Part shown: piece after piece, positions 50,720-64,000 of the stretch
Numbering within the stretch: the stretch's first letter is position 1
Layout: each line of letters starts with the position of its first letter
Assembly: GCA_044892525.1 (NCBI GenBank)
Contig: CM097885.1
Location: forward strand, 156,178,001-156,242,000
DNA: 64,000 nt
Direction of reading: 5' to 3'
From: Schmidtea polychroa
Taxonomy: Eukaryota
The notes under the pieces: model-generated
What the model was told of the DNA's origin: nothing
Database searches by the model: none
Seen by the model: only the letters and a program-made list of their open reading frames with translations
Position numbers and translations under genes: made by a program

Positions 50720-52500
50720 TTTTTTTATTTTTCTTTTTCACATATCGCGCAGTTTGACTATCGATTTCAAGTTCACACTGATTTTTTGTATGACGTTATA
50801 AGACTGCTTTTAAGCACATTCCAATCAGCTGTTTTCATTTGTTTATAAACAAGGCATTTACAGATGGTTGTTAATTTTTTTTTCTTTGTTTTGATTATTT
50901 TGGATAAACTATCTCGTTTTCAGTGCAAGATTGCAAGTCTTACAGAGAGGAAGAAAATTACAAGACATTTAATAACTTTTAAAGGACAAGAAAATGTCTT
51001 AAAGAAATTCAAGCAACATAGTAAAGTCAAACAGATGTATTTTGATGAAGAATCTACCCTCATCTTCTAAACAGAAAAAAGGGATCCAAGAATTCCATCT
51101 GTTGAAAAGCTAACCAATCTCGCACGGATGCCAACAAACTATCAAATTCTTGGAAACTTCAGTTTTCTGTTCAAAAGCGAGAAACAGCGACTGGATCGAA
51201 TTCAAATTATGATTACGGATATAGGATTGTTCTGGATGGAAATTCTAGACTTTCCACTATTATCCAGCGCACTCATCAGAAAGAAACTCAATAGTCTGAT
51301 TGAAATATATGACAAAAACAAAAAGAAACCGTCTGATAAATTCACTACAACACTTTCTCAGTTATTTGATGTCACCAACGTTAATGGAGAATGGAAAAGA
51401 ACGGAGATAAATAGGCAAGTTAAGAGTGGAGGAAAGATTGGTTATTTAATGATCAAACAAGTAATTTTGGAATTAATCCACCCAAGAAAGCGAATCAAAA
51501 ACTCAACTTCAAACCAACTCTTCTCAATTGCAACCCACACAAACACATAAAACTGTCTCAGATTCTGAAACCTCTGCTTTTTCACCCGAGTCGCCAAACT
51601 CTTCTTCCACGTTATCTTCTCCTGAATGCAAACCGAAATACCAAAGAGCAAGCACTACAACAGCGGATTTACTAGTACTGAAAAACAATATTTCTACAAA
51701 TAAAGCACATGACGTTCTTCCAACCATTGCCGAACAGATTCATGATGTGCCGGTTCCAAGTCAGCCGGGTGTCTGGAAACGAGTAATCTCTGAAGGACAG
51801 AAAATGAAAACCAAAATTGTTCAAAAACTTCACAGCAAAGATCCCCATAGTCTCTAGTTTGAATGTAAAAGACTGCAAGGGCAGGAGTATCAAGTAGTTC
51901 TGCTGAAAAATATGACAACCGAAATCAAACTCGGTATTCTTAAATGTGAGATTGGTTCTGCCGCGGCCATTCACGAGGAACTACATCAGCTAATTGATGA
52001 ATACGATGCTTCGAAAATATTTGCATGATAATTTGCGACACGGCCGCAATAAATACTGGTCGTTTGCACGGAATAATAAAGATCATACAGGATGATGTCT
52101 TGAGCAAGGGCTTTCAGAAGCCACCATATATTGGTGGTCAGCGCTATGTACCCGACTTCCTTCTGATGCATGTCATCAATTTTCTTATTCAAGAGCCAAC
52201 TAGCAGACCAGAACTCAACTATTCCTTCAGGCTGATTACCGCCTCGTTGCGACAGATGATGTTAACACAAGCGAGAACCCTGGATGGCAAGATGATTTTA
52301 AATTCTTTATTCATTACAAAACAACTTCAAAATGGCCTTGAATCAGCTGGAAGGAACTCCCAAACTTACACCAGGCAAGATGGAACCCACGTTCGATATA
52401 TGCAGTTATAGCATTATTTCTGATACCATAGTTCCTTCGATCGATCTGAAATTTTGAAAGAATGCATTGTTCTCGACGACGAATCTATCTGCCAAATTCC
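50720..52500 (+). pseudogene. Decayed hAT-like (hATm-type) transposase
   Basis: MPTNYQIL...LFW...KKLNSLIEIYDK...SQLFDV...GKIGYL; later KRLQG...KLGILK...CDTAAINTGRLHG...YIG, resembling the DGK...DTT..NTG...C.HH pattern. Confidence 0.55.
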
Positions 52501-52915
52501 AGCTCAATCCAATCATGGGAAGTGGGTTAATTTACCGTTGCAAAAGGTTTGCGTGGCTCAAATAAACATTCATTCAAAGTGAATTTAATAGAGATTTTAA
52601 TGAAGTTAAAATAAAAAAAGTCTCGATTATGATTGATAGTTAGCAATAATGAATCACTATTCAGAAAAATGGCAGAGGCGATTAATCAACATTGTAAATG
52701 AAATTTAATATTAAAAGTATTTGTTAAAACTTATTTAAATAATTATTAAAAGAAAATTCATTTTAACACAAACATATTTAGATATTAATCAATATTTTTT
52801 TTAGACAATGACTAATTTTTATAAATTAATTCTTATAAATTAAATTCAACATCTTACAACTAAAAAATGTTTGTTGTTATTTAAGAATCAATTTATTTAA
52901 AAAAAATAGTAATAC

Positions 52916-53795
52916 CTCTTGTTCTTTAATCTGAATTTCTTCTAAAAATAGAAGTGTTTTCACATAGAAATTATCAGCAAATCCACCGGGGCTACTGATT
53001 TCTTTTAATGCATTTTCTAAATTTAATCTCATATTAGATTTTGGATGAGTTAATCTCTGAAACAATTTCACTAATTGACCGGGTAACTTTGAAATTTCTT
53101 TTAAATCCGATTTTCGTGATAAATTTCGATTGAAAGTCTCCCAAATTAAGCAACCAAATCCGTAGCTATCTATTTTACTTTTATCCATAGGCCAATAGAG
53201 ATCAGTTTGTACCACAGGAGATTGTAAATCATCCCCAATGTTGGTAACAAAATCAAATGCTCCAACTTTCCAATCTCCAGATTTGTTAACAAATATTGAA
53301 GTTAACCTAATTTGATTGTGCTGGATTTTGCAAGTTGAACTTAAAAAGACTAGTCCTCGTAAAATTTGAAATAACCCCCAAGAAGCTACAAAAGAAAAAT
53401 TTGATTGAACTTAAAAAGACTAGTCCTCGTAAAATTTGAAATAACCCCCAAGAAGCTACAAAAGAAAAATTTGAACTGTCACTTTTTTCTCTGAGATATT
53501 TCTCTAGAGGTACAACTTTTTCAGTGACTATCTGTACTTCCTTCAGTGATTCATTACTATCAACATAACTTATTAAATCTGGATGTTTTAAAGTTTTCAT
53601 CTTTTTTAAAGCATTCTGAATTGTTCCTTTGGACAAATTATCTATGCTTGATATATCACGTAAGAAAACAGAAAACTCTTCTCCTTTCTTATTTACTCCA
53701 TTACTTAAAATCCAACCATTAAGTAATTTAATTTCATTTTCACATGATCGACTATACGGAAAATTCACAGAGGAATCTTTAGAAAATAGCCACAT
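52916..53795 (-). CDS. SCYL1: SCYL1 exon 1 (pseudokinase domain); as assembled, frameshifted by a 70-bp tandem duplication
   Basis: MWLFSKD...KKMKTLKHP...VTEKVVPL...SWGLFQILRGLVFL; removing the duplicate gives ...HNQIRLTSIFVNKSGDWKVGAFD...DSYGFGCLIWETFN...KTLLFLEEIQIKEQE|gtatta. Confidence 0.88.
53335..53474. repeat. Exact 70-bp tandem duplication in SCYL1 exon 1
   Basis: 53335-53404 is identical to 53405-53474. Confidence 0.93.
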
Positions 53796-54381
53796 CTAAA
53801 TAAATTTTGATCTGAAAGTTTAAATATAATTAAAAATAATATTGTAACTTCGTTTAAGCTATTTCAAATTAATAAAATCTGATGAGTAACTTAATTACTA
53901 AAATTATAAAATAATAAGATTTCATAAAATATTTACACGCGACAAAATTAAATATATAATTAACATATTTAAAGAAACACAGAGTCATAATTTATATGTA
54001 AAAAAATATGTTTTTAATTATAAATTCACTATAAAAATTTAATGAAATATAGTAATAATTATTTCTCGATTTTATTTTCTGTGGTCAATAAATTATTTAA
54101 TATTTAAAGTTCGGTTTAAAAAACTAACAAAAATGTTGAAAGGTTATGTAATTGTTGGCGTTTGGGTAAATATATTATTAAATTACAACATGTAATATCA
54201 AAAGATTTTAATTCTTTTATCACTACTTGTGGGTTAGGAGTGGAGAAACATTTTACGGCTGTACTTGTCCTTTCTTGTCAATATTTTCAATTCTGCTCCT
54301 TTCCTTTCGTAACTGCGCAAATTAAGTATTTAATTTGTGTGTTTGTGTTTTAATTAATTATAGCTTTCGGTTGCTATATAC

Positions 54382-56994
54382 CAGGGCTGGCAAAAGCGTC
54401 GACCGCGTAGCTATCGAAAGTAGCCCGCTAGCACTATGGAAAATTGCATATAAAAATCAGTTTTTTATTTATTGAATTTCTAACTTTATAAACATATTTA
54501 AAATAAGTTTCGATTCATATGACAAAAAAATTCCAATAAGAAACATAATATTAGTCAGATAACACTCAGACTGTAGTAAATTTTTAGTTTGAAATTCAAA
54601 TATATACAGTTAGCTAATAATCAGAATAAATTTCATGTGTTTGAACAAGTAGGCCATAAAATAAAAGCAAAACATTGACGCTACAATCTTCGATAAGGAA
54701 TAAAAAAATAAAAAACAACCAAAATAAAATACAACAAACGTGTGTTTGTCTATTTCAATTTTGAAATCAAATTGTTTTCGTTAGAAAAATTTGAAAGCTT
54801 GAAGTATTCAGTATTGAATAATACCTGCTTATAATATTAATTTCAAAATTTTTTTATTAAAAAAAATTCTTTATAAAAGTTAACATTTTTAATTTTTGAG
54901 TATGTAAGTGTGTTTAACATTAATTTTCATATTTAATTTATTTTAGCTTTTATTATTTTCTTGTTTTAGCCCCAATGACACAACCGGCCAAAAAACTAAA
55001 ACGTACCATTATAATACTGAATGGGAACAGAAATTTTTTTTCATAATGATGAAAGATAAGTGTGTTTGTCTCATTTGTAATTCAAACGTAGAGCTAACGT
55101 TGAACGACATTTTCGAACAGTGCACAAACAGTATGAAATTGACTTTCCATTACATTCCGAGGTACGAAAAGACAAAGTCAAGCAGTTAAAGTCTCAATTA
55201 GGTGCACAACAAACTTTTTTTACGAAATTTAACTCAAAATCAAAAACAGCTACCCTAGCATCATTCAAGGTAGTTAATATTTTGATGAAACATAAAAAAC
55301 CTTTTGGAGATGGCGAAATATGGAAACAGGCGTTTGTTGAAGCTGGTGAGGTTTTATTCAAAGATTTTAAAAATAAATCCGAAATAATGGATTGTATCAA
55401 CAATATGTCATTGGCGCGCAATATTAGCACGCAAAGAATGGTGGACATTAGCAAAAACTTGGAAGATATTTTGCGGCAAGATATTCGAAAATGCCGCTTT
55501 TTCTCTTTGCAATTTGATGAATCTACAGGTTTCACTGATACTGCGCAACTATGCATCTTCATTCGAATGGTTTTTGATGATATGTCAACCAGAGAAGAAT
55601 TATTGACTATTCTTCCAATGAAAGGACAAACAAGGGGTCAAGATATTTACAATTTATTCAAGTCTTTTATAAGTCGCACCCATTTTCCGATTCACAAGTT
55701 GGTATCAATTACCACGGATGGAACTCCGTCTATGATCGGAAAACATGTCGGATTTGTAACACTTTGCAAAAATGATGAAGAAATTTCCAGTTTTCATTCG
55801 TATCATTGCATTATCCACCAGCAAACCTTATGCTTGTTGAACTCTAACTATGTAATGAATATTGCGTTTAAAATAGTAAATTCGATACGTGCAAGAAGTC
55901 TACAACGACGTCAATTTCGAACTTTGCTTGAACAATGTGAAATTGAAAATACTGAATTATTGTTACACACGGATGTAAGATGGCTTAGCCGTGCAGCATT
56001 TTTAAAACGATTTAGAGATCTTTTGCCCGGAATAAAACAGTTTTTGACTGGAAAAGAAGAATTATATCCCGAACTGGATAAAAGTTGGCTGATAAATCTT
56101 GCTTTTCTTTGCGACATTACAGAGCACCTGAATAAATTAAATTTACAGCTTCAGGGGAGACACAAATCAATTCTTGACATGATAACGGCAGTAAAGACGT
56201 TTAAAGAGAAACTGTCCTTGTTTGTGCGTCAACTAGAACGGGGTGATTTGAAACATTTTAAAAACATGGAAGAAGAATCCAAAAATGCGCCAGGAATTCT
56301 TTACTATAAATATACAAATCAAATTACTACCCTTTTAAATGAATTTAACACACGTTTCGCAGATTTATCTAAAATTGCAAATATTGCTATGTTCATGTCA
56401 TTCCCGTTTAATGATGTTATTGATACAGAGGAGATCGCTACTCAGATTAATGAATTTCTGGATTCAGATTCAGCTTGCTTAGAAGATGAGATAATAGCGT
56501 TGAAAAGCGACATTTACTTAAAATCAAGAGCTACAACCGAAGATAATTTTTGGAATCTTATTTCAGAAGAAAAATATCCAATTTTGCGGAGAGTAGTTGG
56601 ATATATGTCCGCATTTTTTGGATCCACCTATCTTTGTGAATCAGCCTTTTCTTCAATGAATGTCATTAAAACAAAACATCGATCTTGTTTGACAGATGAT
56701 CATTTGGAATCATGCTTGCGGATCGCCAAAAGCTCCTATTGCCCGAAATACGAAGAACTTGCTGATAAGATGCAGTGCCACGTATCAGGTGCAGGTAGTA
56801 GCAGTAAATAATATTATATTAAGATATGTTTACGTTCTAGTAAAGTATTATAAGTTTTTGTCTAATTCGTTTTGTATTTAAATAGAATAAATAGAATAAC
56901 TACAGGTAACAATTGAAAATAGTTTTTCTGGTAGACCGCCAGATTTAATTTAGTTAAAAGTCGCCCGCAAGACTTGAAAGTTTTGCCACCCCTG
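54382..56994 (+). mobile_element. hAT transposon (SPIN/GTF2IRD2-like), full length
   Basis: TIR CAGGG(C/G)TGGCAAAA; perfect 8-bp TSD CTATATAC. Confidence 0.93.
54975..56811 (+). pseudogene. hAT transposase; 563-codon open core, frameshifts in the N-terminal zinc-finger region
   Basis: EWE..FF...KCVCLIC...NVERHF; SLQFDEST, ITTDGTPSM, HCIIHQ, RWLS, STYLCESAFS. Confidence 0.9.
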
Positions 56995-59510
56995 CTATAT
57001 ACCTTCATTCCAAACCATAAAAACATATTTCAAACATTTTTTTTCATCAACACACTTTTTCTATGGATAATACTCAGTTAATTTTCTGGATGATTGATTT
57101 TCTGCAAACTTCACATTTTCATTTGCATTGCTATATTCTAGGAAATAGCACAGGTGCGCACAAGAAAGTAACAATATTTGATTCGATAGTCTCTTTTAAC
57201 TCTAGTTCAACTTATTTTACTTAGTTTCGAAGTTTATAACACTGTAAATTGAATTTTGTATTTGCCAATTTCATATATTGGATCATGTATATTGTTTCTG
57301 TTGTTAATTCAACAGTCAGCCATACTATTCCTACCATTTAGCATTATTTGTGCTTAAATTTTATTTTTCGATCCAGCTTTTTGGATGAGCGTTTCAAGCG
57401 TGTTTCATTTTTATTTTTATAAATTGTTCTATCTGTTTTATCACATATTGATCGCTTAATTACATTTGTTGTGTTATTAATGACATATTTATCAAATATT
57501 TTCTTTATTAAAACAAAATAAAAATTATTATAATAAAATTAACAGAAGTATGAACGAAATTTGACTATTTCTTTGTAATTCATTATAGCACATGTCTTTT
57601 TATTCGTTTTATCATTGTCTTCATTGTCAATTTCACAATTTTAATAATTTGAATTATTATTAACACAATCGCAACTTTAAATCCCGACTGAGTTCTTAAA
57701 AACTATGGTGGTAACTTATAGAGAGAATCTTTCACTTTTGTTTTTGTCAATTCGGCAATTTTTTCTAGATTCTCCTTCCATTAGCAACCGCGCATAATTA
57801 CTTTATTCGGCTACTAAATGCCCATCTCAAGCGACTTTGGTGCTGAAATTTAGCGGGTGGCTGTCGGCAAAAGGTAAGTTTTACCATAAAACTATTAATG
57901 ACCAGACGAACCTCTGAGTTCATGGGGTACCATAGAAGCTAAAGCGCCCCATTTTCTCTTGTTCACTTAAAGTTTGGATTTCTCTGAGTTCCCTGTGTTT
58001 TCCTGATTCAAGTGAACTTGGAACCGGGTATTTAAACTGTCATGTGAATCTATTGCAAACTGTTTCAATTATCTGTTAAAAATAATTAATGAAAACATTC
58101 CAATCATTTTTGGTGATTTTATAATAATTATTAGAAACAAAAAATTCATATATTGAAGATATTTGGAATCTTTAATTATCTAGAAAATTTACTATACTTG
58201 TGAATAAGATTCATCAAAAATATATATTTAAATTATTTATCAAACTTTTCTATAATTTATGGTTAAAATAATTACAAAATTTAATAAGGTGTAAAGAAAT
58301 GTAACCAATATACTTGAAACAAAGTTTGAAATCCAAATTCTGATATCATGGTGATGTCATTTCAAAAAATTATCTCATTAGTCTTAAATCATTTGATATG
58401 TCGTTTACTAGGGATAAAAATTGTTCCGAATTTATCCTGACGTTTCTAAAACATTTTATCAATTAATACATCGAACATAATAATAAAAATTTGGATTCTT
58501 GATTTATCCCTTCGATTATCTCCAACCTAAACTATGTGATCTAAATCAAATGAACTAAAATCTATTTTAAAAATTTTATTGATTTCGAGTTAAACCATCA
58601 AAAAAAAACTTTAAATTTACAAAATTCATGCAAAAATAAATGGCATTTTACTTTAAACTTTTTGAAAAGTCTGGTAGATTGTCGATCTTGGTTTTCGTTT
58701 CCATCGTAAACTGAACTGCGTTCGATTTATTTTTTGATTTGATTCTTTCTACTCTGGTTTTCTTTTCTGCTTTAGTTTTTATTTGACTTTATCTTTATTT
58801 TCTTTACTGTAAATTCTAGCGGGAAAATTGATAGATTGTTCAGATAGTTTGTTGAATTTTTTGATGGTTGTTTGGATAGTTAGGCTTCGAATTTTCTTTT
58901 ACTGGGGTTCTTTCCTTTTCGTGTTTTAGAATTCAAGATTGTTTTGTGGTTTTTTTTGTCTAGCTTTGTGTTGCTTTCTGGTTGTTGATTTTGGTTGAAG
59001 TTTTTGAGAGTTGAGCTCTTTTAGTTTGGTTGTTTTAGTTCGTATTCAGTTTTTTGTTTTTGGTTGGTTTTTTTGTATAAATCTACTTCGGGTATTTATA
59101 CCATTTGGTTTAACTGAGGTAGAGCCTTACGCTACCTGAGTTTTCCTTGAAATTTCTTGAGAGTGTCTAGTCTCACCCTGATCAATTATTGAACAACTTT
59201 AAGTAAGTGCTGTATAATCAGGACCTATCTTTTTGAACTAAACTTTGTTGAATTTGTTATTAGGTTGAAAAATTTCAACATTTAATTTTCATGGTTTTTT
59301 GTATGCTGTTTTCTTTGTCTCCCTTGGTGCAAAATCACCTGTCCATCCTCCATCTCATTATTTCTCTGTGACTGTTTTCGTTTTTCCATTACTATATTTT
59401 TTTGTTTTAATTTGCGTTTCTTCATTTTTAAAATTTTTTTTTCATTTTCTTGTATTTTAAATTGTTACTTTTAATGGTATTTATCTTTTTTGTGTTTTAT
59501 TATATTGGTA

Positions 59511-59854
59511 CTTCCGTGTTATCTTACCCCCAAAAATTAAATTATAAAATACAATTAAAATAACAATATAAAAAATGAGAGAATACATTATTGATGACGT
59601 TATTGAACATGAATTTATTAAGGCTATCTGTGATTTATGTGATTATGTGATTGTATGTGGCGCAAACGTGTTCTAAGCAACAGTGCCGATGTGTTCGACA
59701 TTATTCTCAAAGACATTGTGGTTTTCTGGCCACCTGGATGACAATTTACAAACTCTTTACAAACATTTGCTGAGTTTGTAACTGTGATTTAGAAAAAAAA
59801 TATAATAATTGTGTTCTTTTTTAATTTAATTTTTGGGGATAAGATAACACGAAG
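59511..59854. mobile_element. TA-flanked MITE
   Basis: ~35-bp TIR CTT(C)CGTGTTATCTTA(C/T)CCCCAAAAATTAAATTA; TA on both sides. Confidence 0.7.
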
Positions 59855-60693
59855 TATCATTATATTTTCTCTCCTTTCGTAGTTTATTTTAAATATTTTT
59901 ATTTAGTTCTTGTAGCTTCCTTTCCTAATTTATATTTTTTTTAAATGAAGTAATTTTATTTATGTTTTTACCCAACATTATTATTAAATTTCACATGACC
60001 CTTTGGTCTTCTATCCTCGATTTCTGTAAGAGCTCTATTTGTCTTTGTAGTTACTTATCGTAGTCTGGACTAGGATTCGTCTTCCTCTACTTGTCGGGTG
60101 GCTTCCGCAGTGTATCGCCCGACTTCTTCTCTAACTTTCGCCATCTGATCTACAAAATCACAATAAATAAGAAATTATAATAGCGAAGTGACGACTATAC
60201 TGTCACGAGTAATATTAGAAAACATGCATCAAGATTGTGCAAATTAAATGACATCATGATTCATATATATATATTAAATACTTACAATTAATACAAACGA
60301 TTAAGGTAATGAATTTTGGTTGATCAGACACATGGGTTATTTCATATTTGATCTTAAAACTAGAACTTTATCTATGGTCCCACTTTATTTGCTTATAGAA
60401 ATCTGTGTGTAATGTACGACTTAATTTATCTAATTCTAACTAATAAATTTAATTTAAAAATATAAAGAACCAATATATTCATCCTACAATTACATAACTA
60501 TGCCGTTTAAAATTTGTTTTACTTTGATTATTGGTTTCCTGATATATAAGTATTTTATGATTAAATTTTGATGAACTCTTTTTTTAAATAATGTCTTTAT
60601 TTTAATCTTTACATAAGTACATTTGAGACTAAATTTTGTTTCAATTATTCAAATTAATTTTCAAATTGTTACTTAAACGTATAATTTTAAAAT

Positions 60694-60718
60694 ATGAGTT
60701 ATAATACTAGAAGTCCAG
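60694..60718 (+). CDS. UBE2J1: Ubiquitin-conjugating enzyme E2 J1, exon 1
   Basis: MSYNTRSP|gtaaat; 41-nt intron; human sequence METRYNLKSP. Confidence 0.8.
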
Positions 60719-60759
60719 GTAAATTATTGATATTGAATAATTTATTTATGTTAATGAAG

Positions 60760-60965
60760 CTGTAAAACGACTTATGAAAGAGGCACAAGAATTGTCTGAG
60801 TCTACTGAGTTATTTCACGCCAAACCCTTAGAAGATAATTTATTTGAATGGCACTTTACAATTAGAGGCCCGATAGATACCGATTATGACGGAGGAATTT
60901 ATCATGGACGAATACTTCTACCTGCAGAATATCCAATGAAGCCTCCAAATATATTATTAATGACA
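60760..60965 (+). CDS. UBE2J1: UBE2J1 exon 2
   Basis: AVKRLMKEA...PLEDNLFEWHFTIRGP...GGIYHGRILLPAEYPMKPPNILLMT|gtaaat. Confidence 0.93.
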
Positions 60966-61722
60966 GTAAATAAATTATTAAACTTAATTTAATCATAGTT
61001 AATTTAAATTTTTAAATTCCATTATCAAATATTTTCTAATAAAATTGAATCAATTTTATAGTAAACATTAATTTATGATGAAATAATTATTGAATATTTT
61101 ATTACTTATAAATTAATTTAGAGAAGCAGACTATTTTGAGTGATTAGTAATAAAAATTTAACTCATGTTTTCATTAAAAAATTCTATATGTTGTCATCTT
61201 TTTAATGTCAAATAATCAAATGTATTTATTACTTATGTTTTGAGTCGTAGTGATGTTGCGTAAAAATGAGTGTAGATTTCCAGCTTATTGATATTCACAA
61301 GGGGTTTGAAAAATTATAAATTTAAATTTTCTTTTGATTATATTTTACTAATAAATATGTTAAAATAATATGGTAAATATTTGACCAAGCTATTCGATTA
61401 ATAAAGCATACTATTTCGAAACATTGATTAGATCCACTTTAAATAATATCATGTCACAAAGTATCATACATTCTCAGACGCGCTTTAAGTGACATGATGC
61501 TATATGTAACACAATGTGATGTTATAAAGAAAGAAATTGCATTTCAGCATCCTTTTTCTTTCTTTTCTCTTTTGATTAATTAGAAAATATGACTTATTTA
61601 ATATCTAATTTTCTCCAATAAATTATTTAGCGAAAGAAAAATTTATTTAGCCTAACACTTTCTACTTTTTTGGCTATACTGATTATACATGATAAGTATA
61701 TCCATTAAGTCCAAATTGGAAA

Positions 61723-61922
61723 TCTCTCTATATATAAAAAAGCTAAGGGTCCCCTCCATCCGAATTTATTATTTATTTTTTATTATTTTATTTTTTATGA
61801 TGTATTTTTTCTTTTGTACCTACCTTACTCCTGTCCAAGAATACCCTGGATATTTACTTTAACATTAACCTCACGTTCTAACGGGGTTGGTGAAGCGAAG
61901 CGAACAGGGGCAAAGCTCCTAG
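61723..61922 (+). mobile_element. Non-autonomous Helitron in UBE2J1 intron 2
   Basis: A|TCTCTCTATATATAAAA 5' end; GCGAAGCG...CTAG|T 3' end; inserted between A and T with no TSD. Confidence 0.65.
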
Positions 61923-62234
61923 TATGATTAATTTATTTACAAATATGTAATTCACAAATGTTAGTGCATACATATGCTTTCAAAGGCCAAAATGATGCAA
62001 TTTTCTGGGTTAATACAATTATTATAATTTTAGTTATTGCAATTTTAATCCTTGTATTTATATGATCAAAAATCCTTACGTGCAATTACAATTAGGGCAT
62101 TACATTCAGTTGTATGAACATCTCGTTTATATATTGACATTTTTTGATTATTATATGTAGCAGGATACTGTCAACTGTCAATTTACGTAGAGTTATCGCA
62201 ATATTTTAAATATTTTTTTTCTTTTATTATTTAG

Positions 62235-62425
62235 CCAAGCGGCAGGTTTGAAATCAATCGTAAAATTTGTTTAAGCATATCTGGATATCATCCTGAGACT
62301 TGGCGTCCATCATGGTCCATTAGAACAGCCCTGTTAGCCATTATTGGATTTATGCCTACTCATGGTATCGGGGCAATTGGATCTCTCGATTATCCTCCGG
62401 AAGAAAGGCGTAAATTAGCTAAAAG
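62235..62425 (+). CDS. UBE2J1: UBE2J1 exon 3 (catalytic Cys)
   Basis: PSGRFEINRKICLSISGYHPETWRPSWSIRTALLAIIGFMPT...IGSLDYPPEERRKLAK. Confidence 0.93.
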
Positions 62426-62471
62426 GTTAGCTATTTACGAATACATATTTGGAATTATCTTTTTTACACAG

Positions 62472-62592
62472 CTCATCAGATTTTGTCTGTCCTCAATGCG
62501 GTGGAATTAAATTTGTACTCAAATCTTTGACAGACGCTTCTGTGGCGGATGTTAATGAGGCGAAAAATTTGGCATCTCAAATATCATTTACG
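62472..62592 (+). CDS. UBE2J1: UBE2J1 exon 4 (gene continues beyond the window)
   Basis: SSDFVCPQCG...EAKNLASQISFT|gtaaga, comparable to human SQDFCCEGCG...EAKELARQISFK. Confidence 0.85.
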
Positions 62593-62815
62593 GTAAGATT
62601 TGCGCTGTTATTTGAAACGATTTCCAGTAGAATTATTTTTAATGGTAAAAGGAATTTGGAGCAAGATACTTATATAAACATTACTAATAATCATTAGCTT
62701 TTGTTAGAACTGGAACTTTATCTTTCACCTAATAACAAAATAGAGACCAACACCAAATTAGCCAATCATTGAAATACCAGTTTTAATTTTCAGTTCATTT
62801 TCCATATTTTGTAAC

Positions 62816-64000
62816 TAAGTATGTACCGGTTTTCGGCTCCGACTCCGGTAAGCCGGATTTTTGGCATTTTTGCAAAACCGATACCGTCTTCGGTGCTAAT
62901 CTTTTTAAATGGAGAATCTTTTCACCATGTCATTCAAGATTTTATGTAACTGTATACTATTGTTTCATCAGTAACCGACACTACTATATATTATAAATGC
63001 CTATCACATTATGGCAGTAGTTATCATCGTGGGGGGAACACCAACACGACCGAAGTCCAGGCCAGTGTGACAATATTTTACAATAAGCACCACAGAAACA
63101 CATCTTGCAATCTATGCAAAAAGAGCATAACTCGGGGTAAGTCCGGAAAGTCAAGGAGTTCAGCACGTCCAACCTCCCACCCATCTCCACAGTAAGCATC
63201 CATTTGAGTTCTCATCACTGCAACGACCTTGTCCTCCACCTCCCACAGGACCAACCTCAGCAAAGCAATCGGGCATTCAGCAAACTCTTGTGGGGTGTAT
63301 CGCTCTAGCACAAAAATGAGACTATGATCATCCATAATGGGATAGCAAGAACGATTGCTATTGACATGCAGCCTGTATAAATTGTGGAGAATGATGGTTT
63401 CAGATACCTTATGAATGTATTGGAACCCCGCTACAAACTCCCTTCTCGCCAAATTTTCACTGAGAATGTGCTGCCAGATCTGTTTGATGATATAAAAAAG
63501 AAAATCAAGGAAAGTTTATCATTCACCGTTGATTTGTGAACCTCTGAACACAACACTAACTCCTATATGAGTCTGTCTCACAGTACATTGACTGACCTCT
63601 ACATTTGCTACCCAAATGGCACTGCTTCATTGCGAGGTGTTTAAGGGGCAACACACTGCAGATCGCATTCGCTGTACATTTTTAAAGATGTTTGAAAATT
63701 GGGACATTCCCATTTCTCACTGTCACGTTGTTGTGCATGACAATGGAAGCCATATCAGCAAGGTCTTCCGCAACATTGCTGCTGATAACTCTCACTATGC
63801 CTCATGTTTTGCACATACACTGAAGTTAGTGGTCAAGGATGGCTTCCTCTCACAGCGTTACGTGTCAGATCTCCTTGCAGTTGCTCGAAAGCTTGTGGAG
63901 CACTATAGCAAACTCCCTCGGCCGCAAATCCTTTACATCAATTCAGCAGGATCTCAACACGCTGGAACTCCACTTATTATCACCTAAAGCGGTTGCTGGA
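62816..64000 (+). mobile_element. Decayed hAT (ZBED1/4-like, Ac-type) transposon in a UBE2J1 intron, running off the window
   Basis: Subterminal CCGG/CGGT-rich repeats; IDMQP..IVENDGFRYLMNVLEPRYKLPSR...HTADRI...VHDNGS...SCFAHTLKLVV. Confidence 0.8.

Noticed and set aside
53335-53474. Intron gain by tandem duplication as an exact rescue of the SCYL1 frameshift
   Set aside because: Exact removal needs AGGT within the unit, which is absent; frame-restoring alternatives require a weak GTTCAA donor.
57700-60150. Minus-strand K/Q/N-rich decayed coding-like sequence (possible LINE or Penelope relic)
   Set aside because: Too degenerate to assign; no diagnostic motif found.

Overview
AT-rich metazoan genomic DNA with tiny (41-55 nt) introns alongside multi-kb, transposon-filled introns. 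This is compatible with a planarian-type flatworm, which is an inference. All family assignments come from motif recognition by eye; no database search was run. Three spliced host genes were reconstructed: a Bak-like Bcl-2 family gene (minus, 26739..12639, 4 exons, 216 aa, almost invisible in the ORF track), SCYL1 (minus, 53795..36275, 4 exons, exon 1 frameshifted by an exact 70-bp tandem duplication) and the 5' part of UBE2J1 (plus, from 60694). The rest is transposable elements: Ty3/Gypsy elements and solo LTRs, piggyBac, pogo (DD35D), Tc1, several hAT types, a Helitron, Penelope and Polinton fragments, and many MITEs. The most unusual object is the decayed Gypsy element in the first ~9.4 kb. 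A chuvirus-like class III fusion glycoprotein lies upstream of, and nearly in frame with, protease-RT-RNaseH-integrase. Integrase then runs into a second predicted type I membrane protein with an FN3-like motif. A third ORF carrying a REX4-like DEDDh exonuclease fold precedes the PPT and 3' LTR. Together these suggest an enveloped, cargo-rich retrovirus-like element with an unusual Env-Pol order.
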